Part shown: in pieces, positions 9,125 through 19,260 of the stretch
Layout of the letters: every line of letters starts with the position of its first letter
How positions within the stretch are numbered: the first letter of the stretch is position 1
NCBI GenBank assembly: GCA_965261595.1
Contig: CBDHDG010000004.1
Span: 480,001-544,000, forward strand
From: a bacterium
GTDB lineage: Bacteria; UBA8248; JACPRG01; G963555815
Direction: 5' to 3'
Length of the DNA stretch: 64,000 bases
Position numbers and translations under genes: made by a program
Notes under the pieces: generated by a model
Seen by the model: only the letters and a program-made list of their open reading frames with translations
Databases searched by the model: none
What the model was told of the DNA's origin: nothing

Positions 9125-10210
9125 GTGACCGACACAACAGGCAACGAGACTGAACCCGAGGGCCTCACGCTTTCAATCAGCGACGCCGTCCACGCCAATG
9201 GCACCTCCGCGCCGAAAGAAACGGCATCGGCCCCAATCTCTCTGGTTCAGGATCCCCCAAAGAGGAAAGCCGCCGAAATCCCGCCTGAAGAGTGCGAGGC
9301 CGCGTCGGAGGGGGCCGGCCAACTTTATGAGCGCATTCAGGATTTACTGGTGGGCCTGCTGAGGGAGATAGCGGCCAAGAAGAAGCTTCGGCTGAATTCC
9401 CTTCTCCAGCCGATAGAACAAATGGCGGGCCGGGAGGAGAACCTCGAAGCCCTTTACAGCCTGTCACTGCAAAACCGCGACTATGACAACGCCCTGTCGG
9501 CCCATCTTCTTCACGTGGCCACGTATGCCCTGAAGATTGGAAAGGCCCTGGGGTGCGATTCCGAACAATTAAAGCGTCTGGCGCTGGCGGGACTGCTGCA
9601 CGATGTGGGGATGTGCCTGACGCCGAAGGAAATTCGTCACAAGGAGGCCCCGCTCACATCGCGGGAGATGGAAATCATTCGGCGGCACACTGAATACGGA
9701 AGCCGGATCATTCAGGCCCATCTGGGAGACAAGTTCGGATGGCTGACGCGGGTGATTTCCCAAGAGCACGAGCGCGCGAACGGCAACGGCTACCCCAAGG
9801 GTCTTTATGGCGATGAGATTGATGAGATGGCCATGATCATCGCCGTCTCCGATGTCTACGAAGCCCTCACAAGCCAACGCCCTTATCGGCCTCCCCTGCG
9901 GCCCAATAAAGCCATGAATGACATCATGGTCAAACAGAAGGGGGGATTTCCCCACCGGATTCTCAAAGTCCTGCTCTATCAGTTCCCTCACTACCCGCTT
10001 CATTCTTTGGTGCGCCTCAACACAAACGAAATCGCCCGGGTGGTCGAGATCGATGAAGAGAAGCCCCTGCGTCCGACGGTGAGCATTCTGCACGGACTAA
10101 ACGGAAACGGACATCACACCCGAGACAACGGGCTCCTCCCCCTGATGGACAACCCGCTGATTTATATTGTCGATTCCGTCGATCAGGACCGCTTGGCCAA
10201 GGCCGAGTAG
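9125..10210 (+). CDS. HD-GYP domain protein (c-di-GMP phosphodiesterase family); start uncertain
   Basis: AGLLHDVG, HERANGNGYP and SDVYEALTSQRPYR motifs. Confidence 0.85.
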   Translation: MTDTTGNETEPEGLTLSISDAVHANGTSAPKETASAPISLVQDPPKRKAAEIPPEECEAASEGAGQLYERIQDLLVGLLREIAAKKKLRLNSLLQPIEQMAGREENLEALYSLSLQNRDYDNALSAHLLHVATYALKIGKALGCDSEQLKRLALAGLLHDVGMCLTPKEIRHKEAPLTSREMEIIRRHTEYGSRIIQAHLGDKFGWLTRVISQEHERANGNGYPKGLYGDEIDEMAMIIAVSDVYEALTSQRPYRPPLRPNKAMNDIMVKQKGGFPHRILKVLLYQFPHYPLHSLVRLNTNEIARVVEIDEEKPLRPTVSILHGLNGNGHHTRDNGLLPLMDNPLIYIVDSVDQDRLAKAE

Positions 10211-10364
10211 ACGTTCCCCGGTTCACTGCCCCCCCCCCACGCAAAGATAACCATCAGCGAATCAAATTCGCTCCGGCAGGGGGCGATGCCCAATGAAGGG
10301 CGCCAGTGGCGCCCTCCTCTGAGGAGTTTGCAGAATTTGTGAGGTAATTTTTTTGAGACACACA

Positions 10365-11036
10365 CTAAGACGGGTTGGCGGCCTCACGAGCGGTCTGGGC
10401 CGCGTTCTGAATATGCCGGGACATCAAACGACAGGCCTCTTCCGCGTCACGGCGCTGGATGGCGTCAAGGATCTTGAGGTGATCATCAAACGGCCGAGCC
10501 GAGCTCGGCTGAGGGCGCTCAAAGCCCATCGAGTTGCAAAGATGAAGCTGCGACTCAAGGGTCGCCCATATCTGGGAAAGCCGGCTGTGCCGCGCAAGTT
10601 TGAACAGCCGGCTGTGGAATTCCATGTTCACGATGACAACCTTCTCGGCCTGCCCGGACTCCGAAGCGGCTTGAAAGCGGCGGACGCCATCCACGAGCTC
10701 TGTAATTTCTTCATCCTCCGCCAGTTTCACAATCCGCTGGACCGCAAGCACCTCCAACGCCTCGCGCAGGCTGTAGATTTCCTCGACATCCGCCACGGCC
10801 GGTTCGACGACGAAAGTTCCGCGGTGGACATTAATCACCACAAGACCCTCCGCGGCCAAAAGCCGGAGGGCTTCCCGAATCGGACCCCGACTAACACCCA
10901 ACTGCTCGGCCAACTCGGTCTCAACCAAACGCTGGCCCAAATCGAACGCACCTTCCAGAATCGCCGCCCGAATGGATCCGACGACGTTTTCCGAAAGAAG
11001 ACTTTTCCGGAGGGGTTGCAAGCTTGCGATGGCCAT
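10365..11036 (-). CDS. GntR (FadR/FCD) transcriptional regulator
   Basis: LVETELAEQLGVSRGPIREAL wHTH; FCD motifs N.EFH and DH..ILDAI. Confidence 0.92.
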   Translation of the reverse strand: MAIASLQPLRKSLLSENVVGSIRAAILEGAFDLGQRLVETELAEQLGVSRGPIREALRLLAAEGLVVINVHRGTFVVEPAVADVEEIYSLREALEVLAVQRIVKLAEDEEITELVDGVRRFQAASESGQAEKVVIVNMEFHSRLFKLARHSRLSQIWATLESQLHLCNSMGFERPQPSSARPFDDHLKILDAIQRRDAEEACRLMSRHIQNAAQTAREAANPS

Positions 11037-11175
11037 AATAGATATTCCTTAGAACTAGGGGGTAATTTGTATTTCGATAACTGTACATTACAGCTTTGTA
11101 TTCAAGTGTCAAGAGTTTTTGTGCGACAGTGGACCGCCCCTGGGTTATTGGACACTCGGGTGAGGGTATTCGACC

Positions 11176-12093
11176 TCATGCGGCCTCCGCAACTTGAGCG
11201 AGTTTTTCCTGCCTTGCCTGGGCCGGCGTTCGGTAGCCGTAGCCCTCGAGAATCCAATGATGGTTGTACAGGTTCTTGAACTCAAGCAGCGCCCACCGCA
11301 GTTCCTCTACGGTGGCGAAAGAGCGCACCCACAGGAGATTCTCCTTCAAGATGCGGATAAACCACTCACAGTAGCCATTTCCCTCGGGCGCCCGCACGAA
11401 GCTGGGCGAACTGGTCATGCCCAGGTAGGCGATCTCCCGCTGAAAGTCATCGGACAGATAGGCGGGGCCGTGGTCGTGACGAACTTTAAGCCCCTCGGCG
11501 ACGTCCGCCTCCAAGCCGGCGAAGCGCTCGGCGACCCCCTGCCGGATCGGCTCCAGGGCCTCGAAGCGGTTGCCGCTCTTGGCCGCATGGATCCCCACGC
11601 AGTCCACCGAGCAGTGATCCACCGCCACGAACACCGAGGCCACCCCCTCCTCGGTGGTCACCGTCGTCGTCATGTCCGTGCCCCACATTCGGTCGGGCCG
11701 CTCGGTGCGGATGGTCCCGTTGTGGGCCTTGGGACCTCGGGGTTTGCCCACCCGGTGGGGGGCCTGAAGCCCCGCCTCCCGCATCAGGCGACGCATCCGC
11801 TCCTTGCTGGTGCGGATGCCCGCGAAGCGCAGCCTCGCCCACACCTTGCGGTAGCCCTCGCCATGGAAGGGAGAGTCCTCCAGGACCTGCCGGATGTGGC
11901 CGAGGAGTTCCGCATCGGTGCACGGGCCCACAGGGCCGCGCTTATTGGGCGTGGGGCGTTCATGAACGGGGACCGCCTCTCGCCGCCGTTGCGCGTAGAC
12001 CGTGGAGCGCGCCAAGCCCCAAAGGGCGCACACCCGCTTCAGGCCGTAGGCTCTGCCCGTGGAGGTGAAGCGGGCCTGACTCATCGCCTCCAC
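11176..12093 (-). CDS. IS3 transposase OrfB
   Basis: DDE motifs as in copy 1. Confidence 0.9.
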   Translation of the reverse strand: MEAMSQARFTSTGRAYGLKRVCALWGLARSTVYAQRRREAVPVHERPTPNKRGPVGPCTDAELLGHIRQVLEDSPFHGEGYRKVWARLRFAGIRTSKERMRRLMREAGLQAPHRVGKPRGPKAHNGTIRTERPDRMWGTDMTTTVTTEEGVASVFVAVDHCSVDCVGIHAAKSGNRFEALEPIRQGVAERFAGLEADVAEGLKVRHDHGPAYLSDDFQREIAYLGMTSSPSFVRAPEGNGYCEWFIRILKENLLWVRSFATVEELRWALLEFKNLYNHHWILEGYGYRTPAQARQEKLAQVAEAA

Positions 12094-12467
12094 CTCCTGC
12101 CGGCTAAAGGGCGGCCGGCCTCCAGGCGGTCGATCTTCTCCCGCAGGACCTCGCCCTCCATCGTGAGTTCGCCCACCTTGGCCTTGAGCCGGGCGTTCTC
12201 CTCGTCCCGCTCATCCGCCGGGCGGGCTTTGAGCGCCGCCTCGCCCCCGCGAAGGAACGCCTCGCGCCAGGCGGAAAGCCGAACCGCTGTCGTGCCCAAC
12301 TCGCGGCAGAGCGTCTCCAGGCTCTCGCCCCGCAAAAGACGCAGGACCGCCTCCCGCTTGCGCTGGCAGGAGAACCGACCCCGCTCACTGCGATGCCCTG
12401 GGGCCTTGGCTCCGTTCGCCCTGCGGGCGCCCTCCGCCAAAGCCCCCTCTTGCTTTTGTTCGTTCAT
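12081..12467 (-). CDS. IS3 transposase OrfA
   Basis: As copy 1, with one A>V change. Confidence 0.9.
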   Translation of the reverse strand: MNEQKQEGALAEGARRANGAKAPGHRSERGRFSCQRKREAVLRLLRGESLETLCRELGTTAVRLSAWREAFLRGGEAALKARPADERDEENARLKAKVGELTMEGEVLREKIDRLEAGRPLAGRRWRR

Positions 12468-12687
12468 CGCGACACCCCTTTCTCCATGAATCATGGATCA
12501 ATCGAGTGTCCAACAAAACCCTAGAGCGGGGGAACAGATTAAAATATTTTCTCAAAAATTCGTACGTCTGACAAGCCCTTTACGTACGGAGAAGGTGGTC
12601 ATGGGTGAAGAGTCTCCCGCCTGGGGCACAAAAATCTTAGCGGAAATTCAGCCTCACTCATTAACACACCTTGAAAAGCGGTTCTCT

Positions 12688-13455
12688 CTATTTTCCTGCC
12701 AGGGGGTCGGGGAAAACGGCGATGATGGCGCCGAGACGATGACGGAACGTGACGCCTGACACCACAGGCCGGGACGGCTGGGGAGCGCCGAGGCGAAAGG
12801 TCAAGGGGAAAACACGGCTTTTGCTTTGCAGGCCCTTTCCATCCATGACCGTCACGGTCAGCGTCATCCGCAGACCGTCGAACCGCCCCGGATGCCGAAG
12901 AACATCCGGTCCGCCTGTGTCGAGCTCCAGATATCCCGCCAACTTGCTAATCTCGTCCTTTTTGAATCTTTCCTGCCCCTCCTTCGGCGCCTTCCTGGGC
13001 AAGGCCAAGCGGATTTCTCCGCGCGAGGAGCCCCCGGGGCCTTCCTGATGAAGCTCCCATTCCAGGGTTTTCAGGTTTTCATCCTCATCCTCCAGAACGA
13101 GGTAGAGATCCCAGATCTCCCCCGGCGCCAGGAACCTCGCAGCCTGTGCGAATGATATCCTCGGCGCCGGATTCGGTCGTTTAATGGAACGGCCTGTCGA
13201 CAGTCCCCGGTCCGCCCCTTTTCCGGACGCCTTGCCCTGGGGCCGTGCGTCATCCAGGGGTAGGTTCTTTGGCTTGAGAAAATCGGGAAGCTGAGCGAAC
13301 GCCCTCCCGGCTGTTCCGGCCATCGGGAGCGCGGTGAGAAGCGCCGCGACAAAAATGGCTGTTCCGAGGATCCGGGATCGGGGGGGACATCGTATCAGTC
13401 GCACTCCCTCATCCCCTTTCGCCCTCTTGGTTCGGCCGCGGATTCGTCGAGACAA
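12688..13455 (-). CDS. Hypothetical exported protein (start uncertain)
   Basis: Hydrophobic stretch ending in AFA (signal-peptide-like), followed by a beta-rich-looking domain. Confidence 0.6.
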   Translation of the reverse strand: MSRRIRGRTKRAKGDEGVRLIRCPPRSRILGTAIFVAALLTALPMAGTAGRAFAQLPDFLKPKNLPLDDARPQGKASGKGADRGLSTGRSIKRPNPAPRISFAQAARFLAPGEIWDLYLVLEDEDENLKTLEWELHQEGPGGSSRGEIRLALPRKAPKEGQERFKKDEISKLAGYLELDTGGPDVLRHPGRFDGLRMTLTVTVMDGKGLQSKSRVFPLTFRLGAPQPSRPVVSGVTFRHRLGAIIAVFPDPLAGK

Positions 13456-13671
13456 TCACAAATTATATCCGTCTTCGATGCCCGCGCCACGAAACCTGAG
13501 ACCGGGTTTTTCACCTTCCGGCGCGCCCGGTCCCGTTTGGCCGCATGTTTCCATCTCCGTGCCGCCCCTAAAATATCAATCCCCGAAGACACGCCCCGTC
13601 CTCCCCCTCTACTCCCTGAATCCGGATTGCATTACAATCGCTTCTTTCCCGGAGGCGGCAGCCGTGATTCA

Positions 13672-14409
13672 ATGACCACGAACCGGAGTGCGAAATTGGA
13701 CGAAGAACCGAAGATCACCATCGTCATCCCGGCTCTGAATGAAGAGCTGAACATCGAGAAATCGCTCACCACGCTCGAAGAGAAGCTTCTCACTCCCCAC
13801 CTGGTGATTGTGGTCAACGACAGCTCGGACGACCGGACGGCGGAGATCGTAGAGAGGATTTCCGGCGACCGTCCGAACATCCGCCTGGTCAACAGCTCCC
13901 GGCCGCGCGGGATCACCAACGCCCTCAAATCCGGTTTTGAAAACGTCTCCACTCCGGTCACCGTGGTGATGATGGCCGACCTTTGCGACGACCCGGAAAC
14001 CGTGCCTCGGATGTACGCAAAGCTCGAAGAAGGATACGATCTCGTCTGCGCTTCCCGCTATATGCCCGAAGGCAGGCGCCTGGGCGGCCCCGCGCTTCAA
14101 GGATTCTTCTCGCGGCACGTCTGTTCAAGCCTGAGAAAGCTCACCGGCATCCAGACCCACGATGTCAGCAACGCCTTCAAGATGTACCGGACGGAGATCC
14201 TGCGGACGACACCGCTGGAGGAGGCGGGGTTCGCCTCATCGCTGGAAATCTGTGTCAAGGCGTTCCTCAAAGGCTACCGCATCACGGAAGTTCCCACCAT
14301 CTGGAAAGGCCGGACGGCTGGGACTTCCAGCTTCAAAATGCTGAAAGTCGCCCGAAGCTACTTCCGGTGGTACCTGTGGGCCATCCTGCTGCGGAACCAC
14401 AGGTTCTGA
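13672..14409 (+). CDS. Family 2 glycosyltransferase (polyprenol-phosphate glycosyltransferase, DPM1-like)
   Basis: IVIPALNEE, VNDSSDDRT, MMADLCDDP, ASRY and EVPT.W..R..G.S motifs. Confidence 0.88.
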   Translation: MTTNRSAKLDEEPKITIVIPALNEELNIEKSLTTLEEKLLTPHLVIVVNDSSDDRTAEIVERISGDRPNIRLVNSSRPRGITNALKSGFENVSTPVTVVMMADLCDDPETVPRMYAKLEEGYDLVCASRYMPEGRRLGGPALQGFFSRHVCSSLRKLTGIQTHDVSNAFKMYRTEILRTTPLEEAGFASSLEICVKAFLKGYRITEVPTIWKGRTAGTSSFKMLKVARSYFRWYLWAILLRNHRF

Positions 14410-14711
14410 GCCATGAGACCCGCCGCCGGCCCAATTGAACCGCACCCGCGGCCGCTATCCGCCGCTCCTTGCTCCCTGCGGATTCTTGCGATCGCCGTTG
14501 CGTTTCTGTTTTTGGGGGTCGCCTATCAGTGGGGGGCCGGCGCGACAGACCGCATGGCCGGGAAACGGGCGATCGGCCTGGTAAAGGAACGGTTGAACAC
14601 CAACCTCACCGAGGGCGCCGCCAACACGGACGCCCGCTCTTACGACTGGCTCGCCCGAAAAGCCGCGCCCGATTTGTATCACGTCAAACAAAAGGGGATT
14701 ACAAAGAAGGG

Positions 14712-14740
14712 TTGACATTACCAGGCTGACTCCCTATATT
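14712..14740 (+). promoter_or_regulatory. Transposase promoter overlapping the left TIR
   Basis: TTGACA-17 bp-TATATT. Confidence 0.7.
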
Positions 14741-14765
14741 CAGAGTGTCGGAAGGGAGAGTGGAA

Positions 14766-15736
14766 ATGGCGAAGAAAGCACCCGGAAAAGCCCATCGCGA
14801 AGGACTCACCTTCATTAGAGTTGATGGACATGTTCCCGACCGAGAAAGCCGCCACGGCGTAGTTCGAATCGGTAATCTGGCCGGACGGTCGCCACTGCCC
14901 CAAGTGCGGATCGCTCCGCACCAGCGAGGCCAGTCACGCGAAAATGCCCTATTGGTGCACGGACTGCCGATCCTATTTCAGCGTCAAGACGGGCACGGCC
15001 ATGCAGCGGTCGAAAATCCCGCTGCGGAAGTGGTCGATCGCGATCTACATTTGCCTGACCTCGCTCAAGATCGGTTTCGTCCATGAGGCTGCAGCGAGAC
15101 ATTGGCGTTTCGCAGCCCACGGCTTGGTTCATGCTTCACCGTATCCGGGAAGCATGGGGCGGGGATGGCGAAGGCCCGTTTGACGGCCCGGTCGAGTTCG
15201 ACGAAACCTATGTCGGCGGGAAGCGCCAGAACATGTCGAACGCGAAGCGCAAGGCGACGACGGGGCGCGGACCGGTGGACATGGTGGCGGTCGTGGGCGC
15301 GAAGGACCGGGCGACGAACAAGGTCAACGCCCGCGTGATCGAGAGCACCGACAAGGCCACGCTGCAAGATTTCGTGGCCGAGAACGCCGAGCCGGACGCG
15401 GTGGTCTACACCGATGACGCCGCTGCCTACGAGGGCATCCCGAACCCGCACGAAAGCATTAAGCACTCGGTCTCCGAATACGTCAACGGCATGGCGCACA
15501 CCAACGGGATCGAGTCCTTCTGGTCGATGCTCAAGCGCGCCCACAAGGGCACCTTCCACAAGATCAGCCCGAAGCACCTGCAACGCTACGTCTCCGAATT
15601 CGCCGGCAAGCACAACGTCCGCGAGTCGGGAACGCTTGCGCAGATGAGGAATACTGTTGCCCGGCTCGTCGGGCGCAACCTCCTCTACCGCGACCTCATC
15701 GCGGACAACGGGCTTTCGTCGAGTTCCGGGGCGTAA
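14766..15736 (+). pseudogene. IS1595-family transposase (frameshifts near 14812 and 15070, TAG at 14860)
   Basis: Zn ribbon CPKC..CTDC, VEFDETY, YTDD, HTNGIESFW and YVSEF motifs spread over different frames. Confidence 0.88.
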
Positions 15737-15915
15737 AGGCTCCGTGCGGCCGAACAGCGCCTTGGCCAGCTTCTCTGGTGTCGCGCCTACAAGGTTCCAC
15801 CTTCGGATCGAGCTTGGGACGGTAATTCATCTCACATTACTCCTGGAACAAGATGGGATAGAGCGCCATTGGACCGCCCCTGGGTTATTGGACACTCGGG
15901 TGAGGGTATTCGACC

Positions 15916-16833
15916 TCATGCGGCCTCCGCAACTTGAGCGAGTTTTTCCTGCCTTGCCTGGGCCGGCGTTCGGTAGCCGTAGCCCTCGAGAATCCAATGA
16001 TGGTTGTACAGGTTCTTGAACTCAAGCAGCGCCCACCGCAGTTCCTCTACGGTGGCGAAAGAGCGCACCCACAGGAGATTCTCCTTCAAGATGCGGATAA
16101 ACCACTCACAGTAGCCATTTCCCTCGGGCGCCCGCACGAAGCTGGGCGAACTGGTCATGCCCAGGTAGGCGATCTCCCGCTGAAAGTCATCGGACAGATA
16201 GGCGGGGCCGTGGTCGTGACGAACTTTAAGCCCCTCGGCGACGTCCGCCTCCAAGCCGGCGAAGCGCTCGGCGACCCCCTGCCGGATCGGCTCCAGGGCC
16301 TCGAAGCGGTTGCCGCTCTTGGCCGCATGGATCCCCACGCAGTCCACCGAGCAGTGATCCACCGCCACGAACACCGAGGCCATCCCCTCCTCGGTGGTCA
16401 CCGTCGTCGTCATGTCCGTGCCCCACATTCGGTCGGGCCGCTCGGTGCGGATGGTCCCGTTGTGGGCCTTGGGACCTCGGGGTTTGCCCACCCGGTGGGG
16501 GGCCTGAAGCCCCGCCTCCCGCATCAGGCGACGCACCCGCTCCTTGCTGGTGCGGATGCCCGCGAAGCGCAGCCTCGCCCACACCTTGCGGTAGCCCTCG
16601 CCATGGAAGGGAGAGTCCTCCAGGACCTGCCGGATGTGGCCGAGGAGTTCCGCATCGGTGCACGGGCCCACAGGGCCGCGCTTATTGGGCGTGGGGCGTT
16701 CATGAACGGGGACCGCCTCTCGCCGCCGTTGCGCGTAGACCGTGGAGCGCGCCAAGCCCCAAAGGGCGCACACCCGCTTCAGGCCGTAGGCTCTGCCCGT
16801 GGAGGTGAAGCGGGCCTGACTCATCGCCTCCAC
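15916..16833 (-). CDS. IS3 transposase OrfB
   Basis: Protein identical to copy 1. Confidence 0.9.
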   Translation of the reverse strand: MEAMSQARFTSTGRAYGLKRVCALWGLARSTVYAQRRREAVPVHERPTPNKRGPVGPCTDAELLGHIRQVLEDSPFHGEGYRKVWARLRFAGIRTSKERVRRLMREAGLQAPHRVGKPRGPKAHNGTIRTERPDRMWGTDMTTTVTTEEGMASVFVAVDHCSVDCVGIHAAKSGNRFEALEPIRQGVAERFAGLEADVAEGLKVRHDHGPAYLSDDFQREIAYLGMTSSPSFVRAPEGNGYCEWFIRILKENLLWVRSFATVEELRWALLEFKNLYNHHWILEGYGYRTPAQARQEKLAQVAEAA

Positions 16834-17207
16834 CTCCTGCCGGCTAAAGGGCGGCCGGCCTCCAGGCGGTCGATCTTCTCCCGCAGGACCTCGCCCTCCA
16901 TCGTGAGTTCGCCCACCTTGGCCTTGAGCCGGGCGTTCTCCTCGTCCCGCTCATCCGCCGGGCGGGCTTTGAGCGCCGCCTCGCCCCCGCGAAGGAACGC
17001 CTCGCGCCAGGCGGAAAGCCGAGCCGCTGTCGTGCCCAACTCGCGGCAGAGCGTCTCCAGGCTCTCGCCCCGCAAAAGACGCAGGACCGCCTCCCGCTTG
17101 CGCTGGCAGGAGAACCGACCCCGCTCACTGCGATGCCCTGGGGCCTTGGCTCCGTTCGCCCTGCGGGCGCCCTCCGCCAAAGCCCCCTCTTGCTTTTGTT
17201 CGTTCAT
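16821..17207 (-). CDS. IS3 transposase OrfA
   Basis: Protein identical to copy 1. Confidence 0.9.
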   Translation of the reverse strand: MNEQKQEGALAEGARRANGAKAPGHRSERGRFSCQRKREAVLRLLRGESLETLCRELGTTAARLSAWREAFLRGGEAALKARPADERDEENARLKAKVGELTMEGEVLREKIDRLEAGRPLAGRRWRR

Positions 17208-17968
17208 CGCGACACCCCTTTCTCCATGAATCATGGATCAATCGAGTGTCCAACAAAACCCTAGAGCGGGGGACCATCTGGCTGATTTCCCAGACCTCGA
17301 ACGATCCCTCGCCATCTCTCTTGTACAGCTTGTATGTACGGGCGGCGGTGTTCCATCGCGGAGATACAAAGAAAGCCTGGACGCCCCCATTCACTTCGAT
17401 TGAGTGGTTTGTCAATCGGAATGAAACACACATATCGCCCTCCGTTCGAGTTGAATTCGAATCTCCGCGCGCCACGCTGGCCGTCCTCCATCCCGTTGAA
17501 ATCTGCAACATCGCGCTCAACGATCTGCCGGAGTGCTACGAACTTCAACTCCAAACGACACTCCGCCCTGAGTTGCACCCAACGCGGCGGTTCTTTGTGA
17601 AAGATGCTGTCTACTTCGTTTGCCATGCTATGTTCTCCACCTTTTCATCGCTTTGCCCTTATCGCATCATGGTCTTGATACGCCTTCTCGCCGATCCAAT
17701 CCTCTAAATACTTCCTGTAATAGAGGCCATTGCGCTTCCCCCATGAGTACTCGTCGTTGTAGGTCTTGAGAAGGTGGCGCGCTATCTCACTCGCTCGAAT
17801 CGACGCCCCTGTTTTGGAGGCGTTGGGTCCTTGACGCCGCAATAGGGCCTCACCAAACGTCATAGTTTCGTTCGGCAAGCGTAATCGCACCAGTGAGGAG
17901 GCGATAAGCAATTTGATGGCGCTGGACCGCCCCTGGGTTATTGGACACTCGGGTGAGGGTATTCGACC

Positions 17969-18886
17969 TCATGCGGCCTCCGCAACTTGAGCGAGTTTTT
18001 CCTGCCTTGCCTGGGCCGGCGTTCGGTAGCCGTAGCCCTCGAGAATCCAATGATGGTTGTACAGGTTCTTGAACTCAAGCAGCGCCCACCGCAGTTCCTC
18101 TACGGTGGCGAAAGAGCGCACCCACAGGAGATTCTCCTTCAAGATGCGGATAAACCACTCACAGTAGCCATTTCCCTCGGGCGCCCGCACGAAGCTGGGC
18201 GAACTGGTCATGCCCAGGTAGGCGATCTCCCGCTGAAAGTCATCGGACAGATAGGCGGGGCCGTGGTCGTGACGAACTTTAAGCCCCTCGGCGACGTCCG
18301 CCTCCAAGCCGGCGAAGCGCTCGGCGACCCCCTGCCGGATCGGCTCCAGGGCCTCGAAGCGGTTGCCGCTCTTGGCCGCATGGATCCCCACGCAGTCCAC
18401 CGAGCAGTGATCCACCGCCACGAACACCGAGGCCACCCCCTCCTCGGTGGTCACCGTCGTCGTCATGTCCGTGCCCCACATTCGGTCGGGCCGCTCGGTG
18501 CGGATGGTCCCGTTGTGGGCCTTGGGACCTCGGGGTTTGCCCACCCGGTGGGGGGCCTGAAGCCCCGCCTCCCGCATCAGGCGACGCACCCGCTCCTTGC
18601 TGGTGCGGATGCCCGCGAAGCGCAGCCTCGCCCACACCTTGCGGTAGCCCTCGCCATGGAAGGGAGAGTCCTCCAGGACCTGCCGGATGTGGCCGAGGAG
18701 TTCCGCATCGGTGCACGGGCCCACAGGGCCGCGCTTATTGGGCGTGGGGCGTTCATGAACGGGGACCGCCTCTCGCCGCCGTTGCGCGTAGACCGTGGAG
18801 CGCGCCAAGCCCCAAAGGGCGCACACCCGCTTCAGGCCGTAGGCTCTGCCCGTGGAGGTGAAGCGGGCCTGACTCATCGCCTCCAC
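17969..18886 (-). CDS. IS3 transposase OrfB
   Basis: DDE motifs intact. Confidence 0.9.
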   Translation of the reverse strand: MEAMSQARFTSTGRAYGLKRVCALWGLARSTVYAQRRREAVPVHERPTPNKRGPVGPCTDAELLGHIRQVLEDSPFHGEGYRKVWARLRFAGIRTSKERVRRLMREAGLQAPHRVGKPRGPKAHNGTIRTERPDRMWGTDMTTTVTTEEGVASVFVAVDHCSVDCVGIHAAKSGNRFEALEPIRQGVAERFAGLEADVAEGLKVRHDHGPAYLSDDFQREIAYLGMTSSPSFVRAPEGNGYCEWFIRILKENLLWVRSFATVEELRWALLEFKNLYNHHWILEGYGYRTPAQARQEKLAQVAEAA

Positions 18887-19260
18887 CTCCTGCCGGCTAA
18901 AGGGCGGCCGGCCTCCAGGCGGTCGATCTTCTCCCGCAGGACCTCGCCCTCCATCGTGAGTTCGCCCACCTTGGCCTTGAGCCGGGCGTTCTCCTCGGCC
19001 CGCTCATCCGCCGGGCGGGCTTTGAGCGCCGCCTCGCCCCCGCGAAGGAACGCCTCGCGCCAGGCGGAAAGCCGAGCCGCTGTCGTGCCCAACTCGCGGC
19101 AGAGCGTCTCCAGGCTCTCGCCCCGCAAAAGACGCAGGACCGCCTCCCGCTTGCGCTGGCAGGAGAACCGACCCCGCTCACTGCGATGCCCTGGGGCCTT
19201 GGCTCCGTTCGCCCTGCGGGCGCCCTCCGCCAAAGCCCCCTCTTGCTTTTGTTCGTTCAT
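18874..19260 (-). CDS. IS3 transposase OrfA
   Basis: As copy 1, with one D>A change. Confidence 0.9.
   Translation of the reverse strand: MNEQKQEGALAEGARRANGAKAPGHRSERGRFSCQRKREAVLRLLRGESLETLCRELGTTAARLSAWREAFLRGGEAALKARPADERAEENARLKAKVGELTMEGEVLREKIDRLEAGRPLAGRRWRR

Larger units (their letters stand above)
11130..12533 (-). mobile_element. IS3-family copy 2 (TSD ACAG)
   Basis: Near-identical to copy 1; ACAG at 11126-11129 and 12534-12537. Confidence 0.95.
15870..17273 (-). mobile_element. IS3-family copy 3 (TSD CCAT)
   Basis: CCAT at 15866-15869 and 17274-17277. Confidence 0.95.
15838..17626 (-). pseudogene. IS1595 cargo gene 2, hypothetical, frameshifted and split by IS3 copy 3
   Basis: ...FEVWEISQM joins ALYPILFQE* after removing the IS and one CCAT; the N-terminal MANEVDS part is in another frame. 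Confidence 0.6.
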
